From Psammoneis japonica (lineage: Eukaryota): a DNA stretch of 36,374 nt. The notes under the pieces are model-generated. The model searched no databases. It was not told the DNA's origin and was given only the letters and a program-made list of their open reading frames with translations. Where the stretch lies: positions 1-36,374 of the forward strand of contig QPGO01000378.1 of NCBI GenBank assembly GCA_008632985.1, read 5' to 3'. The position numbers were made by a program, and so were the translations under genes. How positions within the stretch are numbered: the first letter of the stretch is position 1; each line of letters begins with the position of its first letter. Shown piece after piece: positions 1 to 10,583 of the stretch.

Positions 1-365
1 AAGAGCAAAGAGAACGTTCTTGTTACTTGTTTAATGTGATGGTTTAACAATGAGGTGACAATGCGATGATGTTGTCGAAGGTCGAAGAAAATTTCAGCGA
101 GTGAGGATGCGGTGCTTCTCATTCGCCTCATTCATTGATGTACGTAGAATGTGTAGCGCGTCCTACGTGAATCACGTGTCGCATGTAGAATGTGTACGAG
201 GCATCATCGTGCCCTTCGTTTTGAAACGCGAAAACTCCCTCCATCGTCTCTACGAGTATTTCACGTAGGAAGATACGGGGTGTGCTGACGTCTGCAAAGT
301 TCAGCAAAGTTCATCATCCTCTGTCTCCTCGAATTTCCAAAATTTCAGAAAATCCTCAACCCACC

Positions 366-967
366 ATGAAGCTCTCCTATCTATCCGTCATTGCCGCTCT
401 TGCTGCTCCTTCTGTCGTGGAAGGCTACTTTTCAAGCTCCCCCTCAGTTTCTTTTCGAGTCCCTTGATTCCCTACGGTCCGAGTTCCATGATGAGGAGGC
501 ACCGCGCCCTTGCAAACCAGTTCCGCAATCTCCCGCGTTCTCCTCATTTCGAGATTGACGAAACCGACGAAGCATTTCATTTGGCCGTTGATGTCCCCGG
601 AGTTGAGCCAGAGGATATTAACTTGAGCGTTGAAAATGACGTGCTGACTTTATCAGGGGAACGCAGAGTGACGGATAGGGGCAGCTCGTTTGCTTCCGAA
701 TTCTACCAATCCTTCCGACTTGGTCCGGTCATTGAAGCAGACGACATTACAGCGGAACTCAAGAATGGTGTCCTATATGTTACTGCTCCAAAGAATCTGC
801 AGAAAATCGAGGAAAATGTGAGGAAGATTCCAGTGAAGATGGCGACCGAAACACCGTACAGGTACCGACTCAACCGACAACATGATGCAATTGATGTGGA
901 GACTTCTTATGAACAGCCACAAGCTCATGTCGATCCCTACGAACGCGTTGATGAAGAATACTATTAG
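366..967 (+). CDS. HSP20: Small heat-shock protein (HSP20/alpha-crystallin domain) with N-terminal signal peptide; one apparent -1 frameshift at ~461-463
   Basis: ATG at 366 gives MKLSYLSVIAALAAPSVVEG-YF, a hydrophobic signal peptide. Restoring one C in gtccc joins it to ORF 464-967, which has the alpha-crystallin motifs DVPGV..EDI.L.VENDVLTLSGER and I.AELKNGVLYVTAPK. Confidence 0.9.
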
Positions 968-1355
968 ATGAAGGCCATGATCAATGCTGAAAAACTACAA
1001 TACATAATTACACAAAATAGAAATGAACATTGTTTAGAAATTCCCATTCGAGAAAGTCGCTCGTAGAACACGAAGAGTTTGCGCTAGACGGCTCGTTCCT
1101 GTGCCACTACAGTGTCACTTGACATGTCTAACCGACACAGGTGTAATGAATTGTCTAAGCCGTAACAAAGCGGGTTTTTGGCCGCCATTGTTCGACCTGA
1201 GGCGTTCGTTTTTGTAGATGTGGACAAGATGTGGATGATGATGATTCTTCAACTTTGTGTGATGTCATCAGATATCGCGCTGCGCGCATCATGCGCGCGC
1301 AGCATCAACGGATTTCATCCTGAAAATTCCTGAAGCAGGGCGGGAGGACGTGACG

Positions 1356-2495
1356 ATGGTGCCTTTTACTCAATTATCCCTTCTCTTTACTGTAACCCTT
1401 TTGGTTCTACCGGCAGTGAACGGCTTTCTAGCTGTTTGCAACATTTCGATCCGACCAAAAAGCTCAAATTATTGCAGATTGCGCCCAACTCTCAATGTCA
1501 ACGACGATGCCTCATCTTTTGACATGTCTGAACTGTCTCGGCGCATCGAAACTCTACAAAATGCCGACAAGGCCTTGGAGCAAGGTCGAGAATCATACTT
1601 GGAGCTTCCTGTTGTATCGTTTGATGCTCTTTTGCCGAATCAAAGATTGTCAGGAATGACAACGGACGAGAACTTTTGTCGGATGCTTCGTGATCTGGGA
1701 TTGGGGGGGTTGTTTTGCATGACGAGTGAGAATTTTTCGAAACGCATGTTGAGACGGAACGGTGTCATTTGTCGAATTGAAGTTGTAGATGCCAAGTCAA
1801 ATTCTTCTGCAAATGCTAGATTGCCGACGGCCGTAAACTTTCAAGTGGTGGGTCTCGATCGCTGCCGACTGGTGGGGCCTTCGAAAGGGATGAAAGCTCG
1901 GGTCGGGCGATGGCGACGCTCATATGATCCAGATGGGGAAGAAAGTGTACTTGGCTTTGGCTATGAACGATTTGTGGATGCAGAAGAAGTTGCAACTTCC
2001 TTTTCTGGCAGCTGCTGCGAAGATGCTGACAACACCAACGAAAGCGAATTAGAAATCATGCAATGGTCCACGCACCAACTCGACTGCGCATTGGAGGATA
2101 GCGACAGGGAGAACAACACTGTCATTGAGTATGCGGATTCCATAATTCCATTGCTTGAAAAGTGGCAAGAACTAGCGCAGAAGAAAGAAACTTATGACAA
2201 CATTGACGTGGTTGCTTCGACACGAGTTATGAAAGGCCAACCAGGGTTGCGAGTTGATCCTGCAGCACTCATTCGCACTGTCCTCAAGGATCTTGGGCAG
2301 CGTCCTTCGAGCAATGATCCTACCAAGCTCGCCCTTTGGGGTGCAGCACTCATAAATCCACTTCCTCCTCTGGGAGTCTCCCCAGAAATACGCGGAAGGG
2401 TTCTTGAAGCGCCAAACGCAATGAGCCGACTGAAGATACTAGAATGGGGAGTCAAACGATCCATTGAAAATCTAGAAGGGACTGCCCCCTTGTAG
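1356..2495 (+). CDS. Probable plastid-targeted protein with a Lon-protease N-terminal (substrate-binding)-like domain
   Basis: Intact ORF. MVPFTQLSLLFTVTLLVLPAVNG-FL fits a signal peptide plus +1 Phe (ASAFAP-type). LPVVSFDALLPNQRL..FCRML and ALINPLPPLGVSPEIRGRVLEA...RL resemble Lon-N family segments. Family call is from recall, not a search. Confidence 0.65.
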   Translation: MVPFTQLSLLFTVTLLVLPAVNGFLAVCNISIRPKSSNYCRLRPTLNVNDDASSFDMSELSRRIETLQNADKALEQGRESYLELPVVSFDALLPNQRLSGMTTDENFCRMLRDLGLGGLFCMTSENFSKRMLRRNGVICRIEVVDAKSNSSANARLPTAVNFQVVGLDRCRLVGPSKGMKARVGRWRRSYDPDGEESVLGFGYERFVDAEEVATSFSGSCCEDADNTNESELEIMQWSTHQLDCALEDSDRENNTVIEYADSIIPLLEKWQELAQKKETYDNIDVVASTRVMKGQPGLRVDPAALIRTVLKDLGQRPSSNDPTKLALWGAALINPLPPLGVSPEIRGRVLEAPNAMSRLKILEWGVKRSIENLEGTAPL

Positions 2496-3047
2496 AACCC
2501 ACATTTTGAATAGCATCGCCTCGCTAGAGTTTGTGTCCTTTTCACCTGGACTGGACTACATGCTTGCACAGTCTATCAGGTACTGTTCAAGTGAAAAGTT
2601 GGAGCTACTTGTGCTTCTTTACCGGTGAAAGAAACTGAATTCGAAACAGAGACGGAAACAAAAGTGGGATCCAAATTTGGATAGAGTTTCTTCTCTCTTC
2701 CAGCTGTCTCTTCGAAATTCGATGGCTCGTATTGTGTCAGTACATTTCTACGGCGGCGTGACACAAAAGTGTATCCACGACCATCGTGTAGGAAGGTACT
2801 AAGTTTTAACGTTGAAATCCAATCGTGGAGAACCCCGAAAACCATCGCGTCGAAGCGGGAATCGATCCAGATGTTCTCACAAAAAAGCAATCAAACAATC
2901 GAAACAACTCGAAATCGTAAGTTGGCAAAGACTTCGGGTTTCTTGAACACCCCGCTGCATTCACGGCCTGAGCCGTTTCTCACCTATTCTTTTGCTCAAT
3001 CCCTTTTCAGAAACAGCTTTCATCGAATTTTTCTTCCAACGAGCGAA

Positions 3048-3584
3048 ATGAAACTTTTCCTACCTACCCTCTTGCTCCTTCCTACTCTTGACGCCGAAGC
3101 TTTCGGTCTGGGACGCAGTCTCTTTACACACCCCTTGACTGTTTACCAGCCGGGTACGCTTTTCCGTGATGTTTCCTTGGACAGGCATTTACCCAACACG
3201 TCGCCGCGGTATGAAATTACCGATACCAAGGACGAGTTTCAACTCCGCGTGGACGTTCCCGGTGTCAAATCTTCCGAGATCCAAGTGAATGTCGAGAACG
3301 ACATGCTCTCTTTGAGAGGCGAACGTAAGGAAGAGAAGGAAAACTACAAGTTCTCCTCGAGCTTTTTCCAGAGTTTCAGTCTTGATCCATCCGTGGAGCA
3401 AGAAAAAATCACGGCCAAACTTGTAGACGGAGTTCTCACCGTGACGGCACCCAAGGACCCCAAGAAGGTTGACGAAATGATTCAGCGCATCCCCGTCACG
3501 GAGGAAGTGGAGGAAATTCCCGTCAATGTTGCCAAGCCCAAGGAGGACGTCAAGGATGAATCCAAAGAAACTGTCAAGGCTTAA
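3048..3584 (+). CDS. HSP20: Small heat-shock protein (HSP20), probably plastid-targeted
   Basis: ATG 3048 gives MKLFLPTLLLLPTLDAEA-FG (signal + Phe). Motifs VDVPGVKSSEIQVNVENDMLSLRGER and ITAKLVDGVLTVTAPK; clear paralog of 366-967. Confidence 0.92.
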   Translation: MKLFLPTLLLLPTLDAEAFGLGRSLFTHPLTVYQPGTLFRDVSLDRHLPNTSPRYEITDTKDEFQLRVDVPGVKSSEIQVNVENDMLSLRGERKEEKENYKFSSSFFQSFSLDPSVEQEKITAKLVDGVLTVTAPKDPKKVDEMIQRIPVTEEVEEIPVNVAKPKEDVKDESKETVKA

Positions 3585-4054
3585 TAGCCGTTCCCGAGAT
3601 TTTGCTGACATTTTCGGCTTTAGATTTGCCCGGGTATTCTGATAGCAGAACAATGAGCCAATACACGCATCCATGATGTTTCAGTGGCAGTGCCCGGTGA
3701 CAATTATACATGAATACGAATTGCATAGAGATATTTTCAACGAAGACAACGAAAACAACACGGACGATAAGGATGCATTTAGATTCCAATAAACTAAAAA
3801 CGACGCTTGAAAGCCTACCTAGATAGTGCGTTCTTACTACTCTATAGATAAATTCTGGTTTCGAGTTACAAGAGACGATACCGCTAGTAATAGAGTCGAT
3901 ATCGAATTGAGAAACTAGAGCAAGTTGGATTTGATTGGTCGAAAAGGAACAAGCAGTACCGGTAGAATGAAATTGGAAGACAATTGATCGAAATACGTAA
4001 GGTATGGTGGTCTAGAGTTGTAAGAAAGGGGAGAGAGACACGAAAGAGAGAGAC

Positions 4055-4350
4055 AAGCGAGAAAAACCAAAACGGCCAAACTCTGGACGGAGTAAGTCAC
4101 CGTGGCGACTCCCAAGGATCCCAAGAAGGCCGAAGAAATGATTCAGCGCACACCAATAGACAGCAGTAGAGTATAGTCCTGTCAATCCCAAACGTCAAGA
4201 AGGAATCTGAAAAAGGCTTTCCCGTATGACCAAAGTGACTATTGCGCTGTTGGTAGAGCGATCGGGCACCGCAGTAGATCCAACTTACAATTTTTATAGA
4301 GCATTCATTTTCCACTAAACTAAAAACGACGCCTAAAAGCTTATAGCTAG
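4055..4350 (+). pseudogene. Decayed, internally deleted duplicate of the 3' end and downstream flank of the second HSP20
   Basis: Collinear matches: acggccaaac 4072-4081 vs 3411-3420; cccaagga(t/c)cccaagaagg 4111-4129 vs 3450-3468; gaaatgattcagcgca 4135-4150 vs 3474-3489; taaactaaaaacgacgc 4316-4332 vs 3790-3806. Confidence 0.8.
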
Positions 4351-4386
4351 ACAGACCATCTCTGCTAGAAATCTACGCTATTTCAC

Positions 4387-6862
4387 TTACATGGAATCCA
4401 TCATGTAGTGAAGCTGCTCAATAAACCTCTGGACATCGGCCCCGTCCACCTCCACGACATTGCTATCAAAGCTGTCAAACTTAAAGGTCCCTTTCATCGT
4501 CTTGGCTGCCAACTCAAACTTGTCTCCAAAACAGTTTCGCACAAAGTTTCCCTTGCGCTCGGGATACTCGTATCCCACCACCATGTAGGTGGACGTGCTT
4601 GGCTTTTCGGCCATGAGAACCAATGGACGAGATTTTGCGCCCACCCACTTGCCGTTTTCGCGGTGCATGTCCATGAGATAGTGCGCCAGTTTGGTCAGAG
4701 CCAGTGGCTTGGCAAAAATGTGGTGATTTCCGTCCTTGTCCTTGTGGCTGGGAGAAGTTGCAATGGACTGACCTCGTGTACCGTGACTCCCGTCGTTGGT
4801 GCAGGTAATGTAGGCATACCGAAAGTGGCGAAGACGAGTCACGGCATTGCGCTCGACAAGGTTGACGGCCGTGGCCATGATGCTACGCTGCAGCGACATG
4901 GCAAGCCGGATCCCAGCTCCAATACCCGTGTTTCCCGAAATATTGCCACCATTGACTAGACTCGACATGGCGCTCCCCTCGAGGCTGTTTAAAATGACTT
5001 GAGAGGAGCCATTCGAATTCAAAGCATCATAGGCAATGTTGAACGCCTTATGGCTGCACGATCTTCTTCCGATTCAGCTTCCGTCTCTGCTTGTGCGTTT
5101 GCATCGTCGTCCTCATCGTCGCCGCTTTGAGTGGGGGTTACCACGCGACCCTTGGCTGTGGTTGCGGGCGTGTCACATTCCAATAGAGCCGTGACAGCAT
5201 AGGACATGTCACTTGCGGTCAAGAGGGACTGGTAGCCAGTAACGCGTTTGAAACTCGTAAAGTCAAAATCGACTAGCCCGTACTCCTGAAAGATTGAGAA
5301 TAGGAATCGCAAAAGGTGAGAACGGAAATTCAGCATCATGATCCGTGGCAAAAATGAGAAATTATGTAGACTACACGTACCTCGGCATGAGCTTCAAACT
5401 TCTCCCGAAGTCGCCTCCGCAAGGATGGATTCATAAAGGCAAATGGCTGACGACACTCCTCCAACGGGTATCCCATTTTGCCAGCAACTCATTGAGCCGT
5501 TGCTTGCCACGGTTGTTCCAAAGCTGAAGCTTGGTGGACACGTAGTTGGAATGAATCATACTATCCAAAAGCGATGTGTGCTGCATGAGAAAAAACCTAA
5601 AGTCCTTTTCCGAAAGAATACGCCCACTCTCACTGAGACTGATTTGCGTCAAATTGTTGTTGCGCGGGCCGTCTCCGTTGTTGTTGGACGTCAAGTGCTC
5701 GGCATAAATGGCGTCACGGACACGCGAATACGTGTCGTTGGGAAAGAGACGATCACAGTGACTCCTCAAGTCGAGCGCCAGTGTCGTGTACCCCGACACG
5801 TCAATACGAGAGTGCAAGTACGCGTCCGTGACGCCGACACATGCCAACCAGAGCAAGTCGCCGATATGGCCAAACGAAGCTGCATGGCCAACCTATACGC
5901 CACGAAGGCGGCAGGAGACCCGTAGTAACTTCCACCGGAATAGTAAAGTCGCACGCGATCACGGCGCTGTTGATGCAATTCACGAGGCGTTAGAGAAGGA
6001 ACTTCTGGAGCTGACGTGGGTTGCGTCTCTGCCGCTCTTCGGAAGTATCGGCCGGAGAAGAATCATCTTCTGCCTCATCTCCGCTCTCTTCATCACCATG
6101 ATCATCGTCTCCAGTCTTGCGACGTTTCTGAGTAGAAGGAGACGAACCATGATGACGTCTGGCTCTTCTGCGAGAGGGACCATCGCCTCCGTCTTCGGGT
6201 TCATCCGATTCATCTTCTCCATCATAATCTCTGTCAGCATCATCTAGACGGTCCGCTGCCGGTGGTGCGAGCGGTTCTTGTTCCTGAGGGTTCTCATCCT
6301 TATTGGCATCATCAAATTCCGCCTCTCCTTCGTCGTCATCTTGAAACTCAGCTTCTCCCTCATCGCCGCTATCATTGTCAGAGCTCTCGCCACTGCTGCT
6401 GCTACTCGTACTGTCGTTACCACTGAGATTGTCTCCATCCGACGGTATGTCATCTTGGGTACTATCCCAAAACAAAACAATGTTTTGTCCGGCATGGATA
6501 TTGGCTAAATGAAACGGACGTCGACAGTCCATAACGTACAGCTTGGTATCATCTGACAGCGTATCATCCTCAAAGAGTCGCGTAAGGTTTCGGTTCGATC
6601 CCAAATTCAACAACACGACAGCTCGCACGTCCGTGGCCTTGGCGAGGGTCTTGGAAAGAGCCGAAATGGCGGTACAAGGACGTAGCTGATACGGGACACT
6701 GTCGGATCGAAGCATATAGCATAAAATACGTGCCGCCGACATGGCGTCCACGTCGGCGTTGCACAAGATCCATACCGTGCCTGATGATGTTTCATCCGAG
6801 TGACGACAGTCCTTGAGGATCTGATCATATCCCAAGTGCCAATTGTCAATTTCTAGAATCAT
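4387..6862 (-). CDS. CDC45: DNA replication initiation factor CDC45; intron 5286-5380; four apparent -1 frameshifts (~6035, ~5873, ~5477, ~5049)
   Basis: Motifs ILCNADVDAMSAARIL, VMDCRRPFHLANI, long acidic insert, YYSGGSYYG, LWLACVGVTD, FRFFLMQHTSLLDSM, AKMGYPLEECRQPF, TASDMSYAVTALLE, HIFAKPLALTKLA, NCFG..FE.AA, FDSFDSNVVEV. Intron GTACGT..TTTCAG. Confidence 0.93.
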
Positions 6863-6989
6863 ACTGATGAGCAGAACGAGTCAATAACACCGTCGCTGCA
6901 CCGCGACGGCTTTTTGTTGTGTTGTGCTTTGCGACTGAGAGTAGTGGGAGTGATTTTGTGAATTTGTGAGGGCTGGCGAAAAATTTCGC

Positions 6990-7000
6990 TTCGCGCCAAA
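6990..7000 (-). promoter_or_regulatory. E2F-like site (TTTGGCGCGAA) ~130 bp upstream of CDC45
   Basis: Matches the TTTSSCGC consensus; CDC45 is an established E2F target in plants and animals. Confidence 0.55.
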
Positions 7001-7146
7001 AAAATTGGAAGTTGGATTGAGGTTTATTCATGATCGAATACAAAATTAAAGTTACGTCTGGACGTTGTACGGTTTCGTATCGTGGCGTCGCAATTACTGT
7101 AGAATTATCGCGAAAAGGTCATCATGCTTTTCGGCCTAATTTTTTT

Positions 7147-7154
7147 TTTCCCGC
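7147..7154 (+). promoter_or_regulatory. Second E2F-like site (TTTCCCGC) in the CDC45 / proteasome divergent intergenic region
   Basis: Exact match to the plant E2F consensus TTTCCCGC. Confidence 0.45.
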
Positions 7155-7254
7155 ATTTTCAATTTTCTGCGGCGACGACATGGCGCAATAAGAAGCTCCG
7201 TTTTCCAGCGTTGTTATTCGTTTAGAGAGCCAGTCGCCCTCTCTCTTATACATC

Positions 7255-8201
7255 ATGTCCATAATGTACAACACCTACAGAAAAACGGCACTGTTTGTTT
7301 TATTGCTGTTTGCCTCCTTTCCCTCTGCAGCACTTGCATCATCGGTCGCTGGGCAGAAACGTTGGTGGGCGTGGTGGGTCGCGACTTTGTCATGCTGGGA
7401 GCCGACTCGTCCATGAGTCAAAGCATTGCACTTCAATCCTCCAATCTCGATAAAATTGCCGTTTGGTGGATCCCATGGTGGAAGAAACAAATAATAATCG
7501 ACGACAACAAACAATTCTAGCTGCGGCAGCCGGGGATGCCGCAGACGCGGACCGATTGGTGGGACTGTTAAAGGCCTATGCCGCCATTGCGGAATACGAA
7601 GCGGGTATTGGATGTGATGTTGAAGTTATTCAGTTGGGGACGGAAAAGAATAGTCATGTTGCTGCTTCACCAGCTGGCCTGACCATTTCACAAGTGGCGC
7701 ACATGGCTCGTGGTCAAATTGCAACGGCGCTACGATCTCCAACACCCTACAAGGTTTGTTTGCTTGTGGCTGGCATGTCGACGACAAAAAGCGTCAAGGA
7801 TGATGAATGGAAAACAGAAAAGGAGGAAGCAGACCATCAGTTTCTCTCACAACAGTTGCAACTCCAAGTTCAAAAAGCGTTAGAGACAGAAACCGACGGA
7901 ATCAAACGATGGAGAAACAAGGACATCTAGTGCTTTGGAGCCTCGCTTGTATTGGTTGGACGAATATGGATCTGTGCAAAAGCTCAAGTACGGTGCACAT
8001 GGCTACGGATCAAACTTTTGTCTTTCTATATTAGATCGGAGATTCAAACCCAATCTTAGTCGACAGGAAGCGGAGGAATTGATTCGAGATTGCTTTGATC
8101 AGTTGCGGACTCGCTATGTCATTAATTCGCCACAACCGCCGTGTATCAAGTGTGTGGATGCAAGTGGATTCCAATTATTGACTAGTGATGGTGTAGCATG
8201 A
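7255..8201 (+). CDS. PSMB2: 20S proteasome beta type-2-like subunit with N-terminal signal peptide (putative periplastidal/symbiont-specific copy); apparent frameshifts at ~7352, ~7463, ~7890
   Basis: Reconstructed MSIMYNTYRKTALFVLLLFASFPSAALA-SSVAGAETLVGVVGRDFVMLGADSS...DKI, then AAGDAAD, LRSPTPYKVCLLVAG, PRLYWLDEYGS, AHGYGSNFCLSILDR, CFDQLRTRYVIN. These are the beta-2/PRE1 motifs. Confidence 0.85.
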
Positions 8202-8479
8202 CGGCGGTTTTAAAAAGTTAAATGCAGTCGAATTGAGAACGTCCTACAAGCTACACGGCTACCTTGAATGGCTGATAAATCTATTATTGGCGGGATGTGC
8301 CCGTCGGCTTAGAAAAGCTGTTTATGTCACGCGTTTCTTTCAACGGACTTTTTACTTTTGGAGAAGCTTCCGTACCAGTACCAGTGTCTCTACTTGCAGC
8401 GTTTCAACACATGCGTTGCGTTTCGTATTTTGCCCGACGGAGTACTACACAACGCGTGTCGACCGCTTTATCCGGCTTT

Positions 8480-8700
8480 ACGAAGTAGAAGTCGTGTCAT
8501 TCGTTGCCATGGAGGAGTTGTCAAGATCAAAGATAGTCGTTGTTCCAGAGTTGAACTGTCGCTTCAGGTGTCCCCCCCCCTCGCATTGTTTCCATCGTCC
8601 CGGGAGCGATGCCCATCACGCAATGAGTCAACTCCGACAAAAGACCGCTCAAAACCTCATAGTGTCTGGGTTCCACGGAAAAGAGGCGGTGCATCGAATG
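8480..8700 (-). pseudogene. Decayed, internally deleted duplicate of the 3' part of the neighbouring 8894-9980 gene
   Basis: Exact 23-mer 8583-8605 = 9030-9052 and 17-mer 8668-8684 = 9212-9228, collinear, with the spacing shortened from 182 to 85 bp. gttgccatgga (~8503) vs gtcgccgtgga (~8928). Confidence 0.75.
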
Positions 8701-8893
8701 CCTGAAACGTTATGAGAAGACTACTTTCCCGTCAAGACTAACAGTCACTCTTCGCTTAAGCCCATCTCAATAGGTTAGAAAGGATGCCGCATGTGATATA
8801 TCTTGTAACTAGCTAAAACTTAGTGATATACTACACATTCGACAAACCAAAATTTGTACTTCAAAAGCGGAACCAGCCAAAGCCACGGGTTCT

Positions 8894-9980
8894 TCATTCC
8901 TCAGAGTCGGCAGTTGAGTTCGCAGTCGTCGCCGTGGATGAGCTTCCAGCCGCCGTGGATGCACTGGCATTACCAGCCGCAATGACAGCACCATCGCTGG
9001 CCCCATCGCCTCTACTAGTGCTTCCACCAGCATTGTTTCCATCGTCCCGGGACCGGTCCGTTGTCAAATCCGAAGGAATCTTGGTGCTATCGCCAGCGTA
9101 ACCAATGCTGACGGGGATCAAAGAACGAAGACGGTCGTTGATAAGAGACATCATGTCTCCCCATTGGGCCTGAGGAAGTTGAATGAAGCGCTCCAAAACG
9201 GCATCATCGGCGGGTTCCACGGAAAAGAAACGGTACAGGTGACGAAGGGAATCAATGGTCACTTCTTCCCTATCACAGTGAAGGAGACAGCCTAGGAATG
9301 CATTGCGCTTTGAAGCGTCTTGACCAAAGCTTTCCACCAAGCCCTCGAGAAGCGCTTCGCTTTCTTCTCCTGGTAAAATCGCAACGGCAAAAAACAAAGA
9401 AACCACGGTTGAGCACGGAAGCAACGTGGACTGTGGCTGGCGCATTGTTTTTTGAGCACAGCAGCACTTACTCTCACTCTGGCGATTGTCCTGCATGATG
9501 ATGGATGAAATAACAAGCAAGTTATCAGTTGATAGAGGCAGTGACGGCTATCGACAACGATTCGTAGAGATTTTGAAAATGACAACAGATTTGAAAGCGC
9601 GGGTCAAACGGCTGATCGGTACAATCCATCGTTCATTCTACATACGTGACATCTGCGTAAGCTGTACTACACCTTGGTTTCGACTGCGGAAAGAACAATG
9701 AAAACGATAGAGCGTCTCCAATCATCATGCGACGTGCAATTTCAACACCCACACACGTCCTTCTACGTTGCAAGTGTGCTTGTTGTAACGAGCGCGTGTA
9801 AAGATCCTTGGCTGTATCGCCGCCGACACTTACTCCAACATTCGAGACTTTCACCGTGGAAGCGTCCGTTCGACACGAAAAGGAATCGTCATCGTTTTCA
9901 TGCCTCACTCTCCTCCATGACCTCTGGAATTGAAATCCACTTGCAACCGGGAGGCTACTCTGCTGAACAGCTGAACTCAT
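8894..9980 (-). CDS. Hypothetical protein; 3' part well supported (8894-~9370), 5' exon structure uncertain
   Basis: ORF 8894-9520 has a globular segment and an S/A/G-rich tail. Candidate intron gtaagt..ttttaccag at ~9371-9471. Upstream ATG ORF 9633-9980 is on the same strand. No family recognised. Confidence 0.5.
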
Positions 9981-10157
9981 ATTGGTAGTGGAGGATGGTC
10001 AACTCGTGACGGAATTATAAAGCATCAACACCCGCAAAACATCGTGTCGTTGTTGCTACCGTGTTGTTGCGTTGGTTTCAGGTCTTTCCGTGATCGCTGT
10101 TCTTCGCGCGAAAAATGTGCGCGATAATTGGTCGTCTGGGTCAGGGTCAGCCCCCCC

Positions 10158-10342
10158 TCTACGGTACCTCTCTACCATACTCTCTACTCTCTAGAGCTAG
10201 AGAGTAGGAACTAGAGTAGCTAGAGAGTAGAAGTAGCTACTCTCTACTCTAGCTAGAGCTAGGAGCTAGTAGCTACCCGGTAGGGCTACCGGTACACTCT
10301 CTAGTAGCTAGCTCTCTCTACTACAAGTACGAGTACAGTATG
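10158..10342. repeat. Low-complexity CTAG/CTAC/GTAG/AGAG-rich tract
   Basis: ctctactctctagagctagagagtaggaactagagtagctagagagtagaagtagctactctctactctagctagagctagg...; extremely TpA-rich with self-complementary words. Confidence 0.85.
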
Positions 10343-10583
10343 GTATTGGCAGAAGTATCCATGCTTCCATGTGCAAGGGAGACTGCCAATCGTTAAGGAT
10401 GACAAGAAAGAGAACGCAAGAGCAGCACTCCAATAGAGTTTGGGTGATTGTTGTTGTAAAGACGACAAGACCACATCAAACGTTTTTTGCGCGGGATAAT
10501 TGACGCCACCCGCCGATGTCGATGACTTCAGCAACGTATCGTTTTGCTCCTTTTGTCATGTAAAGTATTTCAATTGAGTCGAC

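Noticed and set aside
11..20. Heat-shock element (aGAAcgTTCt) upstream of HSP20; similar TTCnnGAA near 2940
   Set aside because: Only two nGAAn units rather than three; expected by chance.
2769..3047. Long N-terminal extension of the second HSP20 in the ORF track
   Set aside because: It starts at a non-ATG codon; ATG 3048 begins a proper signal peptide matching the paralog.
4387..6862. CDC45 as a pseudogene or programmed-frameshift gene
   Set aside because: Motifs are intact, there are no in-frame stops after repair, and the breaks are single-base losses like those in neighbouring genes. Assembly error is more likely.
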